Source: Octopus sinensis
Lineage: Eukaryota
Assembly (NCBI RefSeq): GCF_006345805.1
Contig: NW_021825480.1
Span: forward strand, 1-15,407
Reading direction: 5' to 3'
Length of the DNA: 15,407 bases
The notes beneath the pieces are model-generated. The model was not told the origin of the DNA, did no database searches, and saw only the letters and a program-made list of their open reading frames with translations. A program made the position numbers and the translations under genes. Below, piece by piece: positions 1 through 7,089 of the stretch. Every line of letters starts with the position of its first letter. Positions within the stretch are counted from its first letter, which is position 1.

Positions 1-124
1 TCTACCAAATCCACTGACAAGGCATGGTCGGCCTGAGGCTATAGCAGAAGACACTTGCCCAAGATGCCACGCCGTGGGACTGAACCAAGAACCATGTGGC
101 TGGTAAGCAAGTACTCCTGCGCCT
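1..124 (-). mobile_element. tRNA-derived SINE (family A), partial copy running off the window edge
   Basis: Reverse complement aligns along its length with 11961-12100 (ACCTTGGGC..TCTTCT..TATAGCCTC.GGCCGACCA..GCCTTGT.AGTGGATTTGGTAGA), with a deletion in the tRNA-like head. A (TA)n tract follows. Confidence 0.85.
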
Positions 125-172
125 TTATATATATATATATATATATAATATATAATATATATATATCAATTA

Positions 173-438
173 GGGCTTAGTAAAATAAATTACTTGCCAC
201 ATACTGAACTTAGTAGAAAATAGCAGCCAAAAAAATTTTTTTAGCCATTTCTACTACTTAAGAAAATTTCTCTCAGATAAGTTTACTCCAGACAGCTCAC
301 GAAGGTTTGGAGCTGTCTGGAGTAAACATTATCTGAGAGAAATTTTCTTTAAGTAGTAGAAATGGCTAAAAAAATTTTTTTTGGCTGCTATTTCTACTAA
401 GTTCAGTATGTGGCAAAGTAATTTATTTTACTAAGCCC
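173..438. mobile_element. Palindromic MITE, PIF/Harbinger (Tourist-like)
   Basis: Arms 173-298 and 310-438 are reverse complements with no substitutions and five 1-nt indels, around an 11-nt loop. Termini are GGGC...GCCC, flanked by TTA at 170-172 and 439-441. A 3-bp TTA/TAA target duplication is the PIF/Harbinger hallmark. Confidence 0.8.
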
Positions 439-604
439 TTATTATATAATGTAATATTTTGAATTCGCCTTAAATGGTCCTTTTACATACTGAACACTTG
501 GTGAAATTGATTAATTAATTTTACCCTCAACTGTTGATATATATATATATATATATATAAGTTGAATAAAGTTAAAACGTTTTTTTTTTATTATGCTATT
601 TTAA

Positions 605-647
605 CAAAATAGGCGCTTTCATACATAATGTACTCATCATTTTCAAA
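605..647 (-). ncRNA. Degenerate type-I hammerhead motif (mirror copy of 963-1004)
   Basis: Minus strand reads UUGAAA-AUGAUGA-GUACA(UUA)UGUAU-GAAA-GCGC-CU-AUUUUG. Stem II is good, but C3 is lost and the U16.1 position is C, so it is probably inactive. Confidence 0.5.
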
Positions 648-666
648 TGTGTTTAACTGATAGTTA

Positions 667-792
667 ATATTTCGTTTCCACAAACTACATGACACCAGTG
701 AGGTGAGAAGGAAGATAAAACAAAAACGGTTTATTAAAATGTTCAAACCTGTTCTGAATGGAAATAACAGCCATAATATAACAACCAGTTAA
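667..792 (+). pseudogene. C-terminal remnant of a Penelope-like RT/GIY-YIG endonuclease ORF
   Basis: Translates to IFRFHKLHDTSEVRRKIKQKRFIKMFKPVLNGNNSHNITTS*. The R..(E/Q)..FI..FKP.LN pattern is the typical end of PLE GIY-YIG domains. It is shorter than the ORF-track cutoff. Confidence 0.65.
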
Positions 793-962
793 TGATGTGG
801 ATGAATAAATATAAACGAGTTATAGAATATCGGTACGCCTGGCAATCCGTGATGTTTAAGAGCATACGGAATAATCAAGAAAGTATTCTAAAAATTCAGC
901 AGGTTGGAGCGTCCTTAAAGGTGCTAAAGTTGTCAAGAACTCAACTGTCAGTTAACCACATT

Positions 963-1004
963 TGAAATCTGATGAGCAGGCTATGTATGAAAGTACTCAT
1001 TTTA
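963..1004 (+). ncRNA. Type-I hammerhead ribozyme motif, canonical core, weakened stem II
   Basis: Stem I is UGAAAU(963-968)/AUUUUA(999-1004). Core CUGAUGA is at 969-975 and GAAA at 989-992. Stem III is the palindrome AGUACU (992-997), with predicted cleavage after C998. Stem II (976-988) is poorly paired. Confidence 0.65.
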
Positions 1005-1165
1005 TTAAAATACCATAATAAAAAACGTAAAAACCAGACTGTTTTAACTTTATTCAACTGATATATTATTTTATACACAGCCACACAAATTCGAAACAAT
1101 AAAACAATGTAAATTTCTTTTTTTCCCCTCCTCAATTTAAAAAAAAATATTTCTTTTCACCTTTC

Positions 1166-1207
1166 AATTCTTGAAAATTTGCATTGCTATGAAAACCGGT
1201 TAGAGTT
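1166..1207 (+). ncRNA. Type-I hammerhead motif with U3:A8 core variant
   Basis: Stem I is AAUUC(1166-1170)/GAGUU(1203-1207). Core UUGAAAA is at 1171-1177 and GAA at 1191-1193. Stem III is the palindrome AACCGGUU (1194-1201), with A17 at 1202. Stem II (1178-1190) is weak. An ~100-nt tail and then (TA)n follow. Confidence 0.55.
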
Positions 1208-1591
1208 AATATTAAAAAAAAATTTTTTTTATCTTCCATCCACCCACTTTTATTAAAATTTACCTTCAATTTAGCATTCTGCCTTTTTATAATTTTTCCT
1301 CGCCTATATATATATAATATACTATATATATATATATATATATATCATATATTATATATATATTATATATATAATATATATATATAGCAATAAGAAAATG
1401 GAGGGAATCAATAGGTAATATTCATCAACTTTTAGACATTATATTATGTCAATTTATTTATTTATTTACTGAAAGGAAAATTGCAACAATATACACACAT
1501 GTTTAACATATGAATGCTTTACATATATAATATATAAAGATATCAGTAATTATTAAATTATATAACATACTGGAATAGAAATTGGGGTAAT

Positions 1592-1715
1592 ATCTTACAG
1601 CTGTTTCAGCCAAGAGGCAAAAATACCTCATTCTACCTTTATCCTTCCAGTAGAGTAAAGTAATTAGTAGATGAATTTGAGGCACTCGAGTGTTTCTCTA
1701 GGCTTCGTCAGAGAT
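1592..1715 (-). ncRNA. Canonical type-I hammerhead ribozyme with long stem II
   Basis: Minus strand reads AUCU-CUGACGA-AGCC.U.AGAG...(long hairpin)...CUCU.U.GGCU-GAA-ACAGCUGU-A/AGAU. All core nucleotides are present. Stem I is 4 bp and stem III is an 8-nt palindrome. GUA cleavage is predicted between 1596 and 1595. About 200 nt of AT-rich tail leads to (TA)n at ~1385. Confidence 0.85.
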
Positions 1716-2119
1716 TTTAGAAAGTACATAAGGTTAAGTTATAAATATATGTAGAGAGAGAGAGAGGGGGAGAGAGAGGGGGAGAGAGAAGGGGAGAGAG
1801 AGAGTATAATATGATGAATATTAGCATAATGCTATGTAATATAAAAGGTGTAAAACATGAATGCTAATCGTCTTTCCTAATAGTTAAACGACACCATGTC
1901 ATTGCTACAGCGATGTATCAGAGATTTTAGAAAGTACATAAGGTTAAGTTATAAATATATGTAGAGAGAGAGAGGGGGAGAGAGAGAGTATAATATGATG
2001 AATATTAGCATAATGCTATGTAATATAAAAGGTGTAAAACATGAACGTTTGAGTTAATTATTCTGCTAATCGTCTTTTCAAATAGGTAAATGACACCATG
2101 TCATTGCTACAGCGATGTA
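1708..2119. repeat. Direct tandem duplication (~210 + ~202 bp) containing an (AG)n tract
   Basis: 1708-1917 and 1918-2119 both start TCAGAGATTTTAGAAAGTAC and end GCTACAGCGATGTA. They differ in AG-tract length, an 18-nt indel and four substitutions near the 3' end. Confidence 0.95.
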
Positions 2120-2227
2120 TCCATTTCCTGGCGATCCAGACTACGTCGCTCTAAATTAGCACCAGCGACTAGAAACTTCAGGCACCAGCAGATTGGTGAA
2201 CGTCTTGTTATACTGGTTCCAAATTTT

Positions 2228-2267
2228 GGCACAAGGCCAGAAATTTTGGTTAGATCGATCCCCAGTG
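2228..2267 (-). mobile_element. Short fragment of SINE family B 3' region
   Basis: GGCACAAGGCCAGAAATTTTGG...CGATCCCCAGTG resembles GGCACAAGGTCTGAAATTTTGG...CGAACCCAGTG at ~4358-4414. Confidence 0.4.
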
Positions 2268-2393
2268 ATCATAATGCTCACCTCGGACGCACTAGAGTCA
2301 TACTACCTGGCACCTTGGCAAGCGTCTTGTATGGCTCTGGGCGAACAAAATCCTTGAAAGGTGATTTATTAAAAGGAAACTGGAAAACTCGTC

Positions 2394-2424
<31 letters not shown>

Positions 2425-2587
2425 TGGATCAAAACAGCTTAATTCAAATTTCCAGTGCCCGACGATAAGCATGATCTCGTGCTTTTAAACTTTAATTATC
2501 ACAGAATTTGAATCAAACTCTTTTGGCCCATACATGTAACCGCCAATAAATTAGTTGAGTGTCCATCTTTCGCTTGTCTAATCACTC

Positions 2588-2649
<62 letters not shown>

Positions 2650-2651
2650 AT

Positions 2652-2886
2652 ATAGTTCAAATTTACAGAAAATAAAACACAAAAACAGGTGCGGGAACAA
2701 CAAGGTGCGTATTAGTTTGACGCACGGAAGAACGGAAATATCTTTGGCGACTAAACCTTTAAAGTCAGTGCCCCCACTATTGCGGCAGTCCAGTGACGGA
2801 AACAGGTTAACAGTGAAAGTTAAAATGATTATACAAAACCGTTTCACCTCACCGCGAAGTAAGAGACTTCGGTGCTTTTTCAATTA
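2652..2886 (-). mobile_element. PLE-type terminal repeat fragment: hammerhead motif + 3' tail abutting (TA)n
   Basis: The tail 2652-2745 is similar to 10532-10628 (TTTAC.GAAAA, ACAGGTG, GTATTAGT, ..CGC.C.G blocks). A hammerhead-like motif lies at 2834-2886. Confidence 0.6.
2834..2886 (-). ncRNA. Type-I hammerhead motif with U3:A8 core variant
   Basis: Minus strand reads UAA-UUGAAAA-AG.CACCG.AAG(UCUCUUA)CUU.CG.CGGUG.AGGU-GAAA-CGGU-U/UUG. Stem III ACGGU is one C short of the palindrome ACCGGU. Stem I is only 3 bp. Confidence 0.5.
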
Positions 2887-3103
2887 ATTCTCGTTTCTTT
2901 ATTCGTCTTATTTTTCGAGAAAATCTGTGCATTAAAATTTTCTCTTGATTCAACAAACACAAAGGTGTTCGTGGCGTATTTTTTTCTTATATGATCTCAT
3001 CTTATCGAACTGTGATTTCTTTTATTTATGCAATGAAATATTTATTTAAATAAACACATTAATAGTACATCGATTTTGAAACAGTGATGTCTTACAGCAC
3101 GCG

Positions 3104-3150
<47 letters not shown>

Positions 3151-3534
3151 AAACACACACAATAACATAATAAGAAGACACAAAGACAAACACACACGTA
3201 CACACAAAAATACGCGTCACTATCAGATAAACTGTAACTAAACAGTACCCTGCTAGTATTTGGTGCTATCACTAAAAATCTAATCTGTTGTGTTACAAAG
3301 AATAGATTCTTGACTAACGAACCGGAAAAAATAATCGTAAAAAATAGGTATAAAGTAAACGGACTTAAAGAACGTTAAAATGTCTTTGATTCCAGTTACT
3401 ATGTATTGAATTGGGGGTATGTATTCGTATACACACACACATATATATACATATACATACATACGTTTGTTTACGTTTTTCATGTTATTTGCACCGTTGG
3501 TGACGTTCTGTATCGATATATGCTTGTACACACA

Positions 3535-3565
<31 letters not shown>

Positions 3566-3589
3566 CTACATATATACATGTATATTATA

Positions 3590-3622
<33 letters not shown>

Positions 3623-3851
3623 CATACATACTCGAATATATCCTTTGAGTTCGTTGACAGGAAACGCTTTTGAATATGCATATAAAAGTTTCCATCTTAT
3701 TATGTCGACGGCAGCCTAATGATACGAACTGACAATAGCAGTTTTATGGGGTAGCACCGAGCAGTACCGATATAATGTAGGATAAATACAACAATGATAA
3801 TAATAATAATAATAATGATAATAATAATAATAATAAGAAGAAGAAGAATAA

Positions 3852-4134
3852 GAAAAGGCTGATGAATATGGCGACCTGAGAACCGAGATCGCTAAATTAT
3901 GGCAGCTACAAGAGTCAAACATTGGGTTTAATACCACCCAATCTGGAAAAAAAAACTTTAGAAATGCTCTACAATCTAGGCGTATTGCAAAAGTCGGCAT
4001 TACTGGAACTGCACGCACATTGCGTAATACACTGTCTGTCTGAGGTACTTGTTGTGACTTGACAACAGTAGAAACCCCCAGTAGACGCAGTATATTCAAT
4101 CAAAAGCCTCACGATAATGTATACTGTGCGACGT

Positions 4135-4135
<1 letters not shown>
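3852..4135 (+). mobile_element. R4/Dong-clade non-LTR retrotransposon, extreme 3' fragment (frameshifted) with 3' UTR
   Basis: EKADEYGDLRTEIAKLWQL / LGLIPPNLEKKTLEMLYNLGVLQKSALL / GTARTLRNTLSV* (stop 4041-4043) across two frameshifts. The EK..KY.DL..EI..LW and LQK.ALLGTA..LR..L motifs mark the RLE C-terminus. It is flanked on both sides by (TAA)n. Confidence 0.8.
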
Positions 4136-4175
<40 letters not shown>

Positions 4176-4228
4176 GAATAATAATAATAATAATAAGAAG
4201 AAGAAGAAGAAGAAGAAGAAAAGAGAAG

Positions 4229-4261
<33 letters not shown>

Positions 4262-4283
4262 AACAATAACAATAATAATGATA

Positions 4284-4339
<56 letters not shown>

Positions 4340-4341
4340 AA
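4136..4341. repeat. Compound trinucleotide microsatellite (TAA)n-(GAA)n-(CAA)n-(TAA)n-(GAT)n
   Basis: Read directly from the sequence. It accounts for the poly-I/V/S/Y/H/C/L ORFs in the track. Confidence 0.95.
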
Positions 4342-4526
4342 TAACCCTTTCTACTAAAGGCACAAGGTCTGAAATTTTGGAAGAGGGGCCTAATCAATTG
4401 CTTCGAACCCAGTGCTCCACTGGTACTTAATTTATCGACCCCGAAAAGATGAAGGGCAAAGCCAACCTCGGTGGAATTTGAACTCAGAACGTAGAGACAG
4501 ACGAAATACCGCTAAGCATTTCGCCC
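4342..4526 (-). mobile_element. tRNA-derived SINE family B, lacking its first ~30 nt
   Basis: Minus strand reads GGGCGAAATGCTTAGCGGTATTTCGTC...GAGTTCAAATTCC (B-box-like)...TTCATCTTTTCGGGGTCGATAAATTAAGTACCAGT...tail into (CAT)n. It matches 11832-11960 and 12794-12855. Confidence 0.85.
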
Positions 4527-4527
4527 C

Positions 4528-5297
4528 AATGTGATAAAAAATGGAGCTGACCCAAAATGCCGATTCTGTAACGATGAGATTGAAACAATAGACCACCTAA
4601 TCTCAGGGTGTAGAGTCTTAGCACCAGCAGAATATAAAGCAAGACATGACAGAGTCGGCCAGTATTTACATTGGACAATATGTCGGAATTATAAAATCAA
4701 AACCGCTGACAAATTGTATAAACACCATCCTGAAGCTGTGACTGAGGGAGAAAACGTGTCGATTCTATGGGATTTCCCCGTACAGACCGACAAGACTATA
4801 AAAGCTAATAAACCGGATATTATTATAAAAGATCAGACAAAAAAGATGTGTTTATTAATTAACATGGGTATCCCTTGCGATCACAATATAGCGGCGAAAG
4901 AATTTGACAAGATTAGTAAATATAAAGACCTGCTAATAGAAATTTTAAAAATGTGGCATCTCAAGGCGACTACAGTACCAGTGATTGTAGGATCTCTAGG
5001 AATGATAAAAAAAAGGTACTGAAACCTATTTGAAAATGATTCCAGGCTTACCTTCCCTACAGGAAGTGCAAAAAATCGTATTAACTGGAACGGCTCACGT
5101 ACTGAGAAGAGCATTATCGCTGTGAAAACAACATTCATCCATGAATTTATTTATTTATTAATTTTTAAATACATATTTTATCTGTAAATTTGCGTGTGTA
5201 ATCTGGGAATGCATACAATAAGCTTCTCTGCCCTAGGTGTATGGAAAACATTCGGCGAGAAATGGAAGAAAATTTGAAGAAAGAAGGAAAAAAACAT
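4528..5297 (+). mobile_element. R4/Dong-clade non-LTR retrotransposon, 5'-truncated (zinc knuckle + restriction-like endonuclease + 3' UTR)
   Basis: CRFCNDEIETIDHLISGC (CCHC), RHD, KPDII, K..KYKDL. A +1 slip in the A-run at ~5007-5014 continues as KGTETYLKMIPGLPSLQEVQKIVLTGTAHVLRRALSL* (stop 5123-5125). The 3' UTR ends in (TAA)n at 5298-5369. The second RLE catalytic Asp reads Asn (LINM). Confidence 0.92.
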
Positions 5298-5336
5298 AAT
5301 AATAATATAATAATAATAATAATATAATAATAATAA

Positions 5337-5371
<35 letters not shown>

Positions 5372-5409
5372 TTTCTTTATTAACCACAAGGGTTTACATG
5401 ACGAAAATC

Positions 5410-6200
5410 ATTATGGACTGCAGATGTCGTAGCCTTAGCGCATGTCTGCTCATCATCAATCACGGCATGCCCAACACACCACGCAGCGGATGCTGACAGC
5501 AGATAGACCGCCTGACCACCGGGACACGTCCCTTTCCACGAAGCGGAAGAGTATACGTCCCAGTGTAATCAGACGGTGGCCAGGACAAGGCAGAACAGTC
5601 AGGCGATAATAGATTGATGGACGCGATATATGCGTTAGCCACCTCTGCCCGACCTTTCAGGGACCGTTTTCTCTCGACCCATTTCTGGGTGAGAGTAGTC
5701 CCCCTGTTCATCACTTTGTCCAACTGGAAGTCCGGACCGAACTAGACCCCCAGCAATTCAACCGATCCGTCCAGCGCTTAACGACGCAGTTGGACGGCAT
5801 TCCAGTTGCAGAGCCGCAAGCCCACTGATTTACCCTGGTTAATTGTCGCTCGTGAAATCGCACTGTCGTCCCTGAGAGCGGTGCTAATCATTTCTATGTG
5901 CTTATGATCCGACACCACTACAGTGATGTCGTCGGCATATGCCGAAACACATTTCCCACGTCCTAGGTCACGCGACATGTCTCTCAACGCCTTCAGCTTG
6001 TGTAGAAGTGGCTCGAGAGTCAGTACGTAGAAGAGAGACGAGAGAGAACAACCTTGCCGGACCGAGCGCATGATTTTTTAACGGCTCTGAGAGGTGATCC
6101 TTCACTCTGACTACTGAACAGATGTCGCTGTGCATTGCAGCGATCCAGCCCCTGAATAGAGACCCGAAACCAGCTGCCTTGTGGATCGCCGCCTCCCCTA
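5410..6200 (-). pseudogene. L1/Tx1-clade LINE reverse transcriptase fragment, inactivated
   Basis: AAGFGSLFRGWIAAMHSDICSVVRV / RSVRQGCSLSSLFYVLTLEPLL...SAYADDITV...INQGKSVGL / ELLGV*FGPD / KWVERKRSLKGRAEVANAYIAS...CCQHPLRGVLGMP*LMMSRHALRLRHL. It has several frameshifts, with in-frame stops at 5742-5744 and 5460-5462 at positions where Trp is likely. Confidence 0.9.
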
Positions 6201-6289
6201 ATGGATTCCCGACGACAAGCGCCTATCTTGGCTAAGATTTAGAACTTTGCATTCAGCAGAGTTATGTCAAAACAATCCCGCTTGCATAG

Positions 6290-7000
6290 CATACAAAGGT
6301 TTAAAAAATGATCATGATAAAGTAATAAAAAAATTTTTAAATAAGAATTTTTTTTCTAAAAGTGGCGGGGAGGATTATAGAGATGTAGTCCTCCTGATAC
6401 AGGGAGGCCTCTAGGGATAACCCCACTATCAGAAATTTTCCTAAAACCCCAACAAGTGCCCTTTCCAATTCCTTCTCTCCGACATACAGGTCTACACTTA
6501 GAGAGATACCATCCACTCTTGCCATTTTCGCAACTTTCACCCACCTTTCAATAAATTCACTCGAGAACAGCACTTCCCTCCGCACTCTCAATTTCCCTTT
6601 CAAGCGAAACTTCAAGAAGTCAATGAGAATTCTACCAAAGAGGAATGTATCTGTCCTCTTTCCTTTCAGCCTTGTCCACCAAACAACCTCTTTCACCAGA
6701 GCCACCAGGCAAAGGAAAACTGCCTTGCCGGCTCGATTGAAGAAGGGCGGCGGTGTGATCGTCAGTACATACTCAGCCGACAGACCGATCCGTTCCACAC
6801 GTGACAGCAGCTGTTCGATATAATTCCACAAGTCAGCAATGTCCAGACACTAAACGAGGGCGTGTAGGACGGTTTCGTCACTCTGTGCACACCACGGACA
6901 AGCCCGTCTGACAGCATATCCGTGCCTGTAGAGTTTATCTCGAACCGCTGCCCCCACCACCCCCAGTAGCACTGCCAGACCAAGGACATCTGGAAATTAT
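6290..7000 (-). mobile_element. L1/Tx1-clade LINE 3' fragment (ORF2 zinc knuckle, C-terminus, 3' UTR)
   Basis: FQMSLVWQCY / VRDKLYRHG...CPWCAQSDETVLHALV*C (CCHC 6847-6900, stop at 6850-6852), then LWNYIEQLLSRV...LVALVKEVVWWTRLKG...ERWV. An A/T-rich 3' end follows. Confidence 0.85.
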
Positions 7001-7089
7001 TAATGATAGTTCCCTATCGGAAAGTCCCCAGGAACAGACTAGCCTGTTCCTTCTCGTCGGTACCCAATAATCCACGGATGGGGTTTATA

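Larger units (their letters stand above)
560..1060 (+). mobile_element. 5'-truncated Penelope-like element (PLE): inverted pseudo-LTR + ORF 3' end + pseudo-LTR
   Basis: Inverted repeats at 560-665 and 943-1060 (roughly 80-85% identical by eye, with an ~11-nt indel). Each arm carries a hammerhead motif. The spacer encodes a GIY-YIG-type C-terminus. Both outer ends abut TA-rich tracts. Confidence 0.7.

Noticed and set aside
560-1060. Tc1/mariner MITE interpretation
   Set aside because: There is no clean TA duplication at the right end (ATAT follows CAACTG). The spacer peptide and the hammerheads in the arms fit a Penelope-like origin better. The MITE reading is not fully excluded.
1811-1855. 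ATGATGA-hairpin-AAAA on the plus strand in both tandem copies
   Set aside because: C3 and G12 are absent, and there is no palindromic stem III or stem I.
2459-2495. CCGACGA followed by a hairpin (2467-2484) and TAAAC, resembling a hammerhead
   Set aside because: U4 and G12 are both wrong, and no stem I or stem III can be formed.
3042-3681. ORFs rich in YI/CV/HT repeats (also 2578-2883, 9273-10711, 14212-14915)
   Set aside because: These are translations of (TA)n, (CA)n and (TATG)n microsatellites.
3857-3863. CTGATGA (also CTGAAGA at ~13049)
   Set aside because: These are isolated 7-mers without flanking stems. The first lies in R4 coding sequence.
7030-7060. Perfect 8-bp hairpin next to CCGACGA on the minus strand
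   Set aside because: GAAA is replaced by GGGA and there is no stem I or III. It is at most a very decayed relic.
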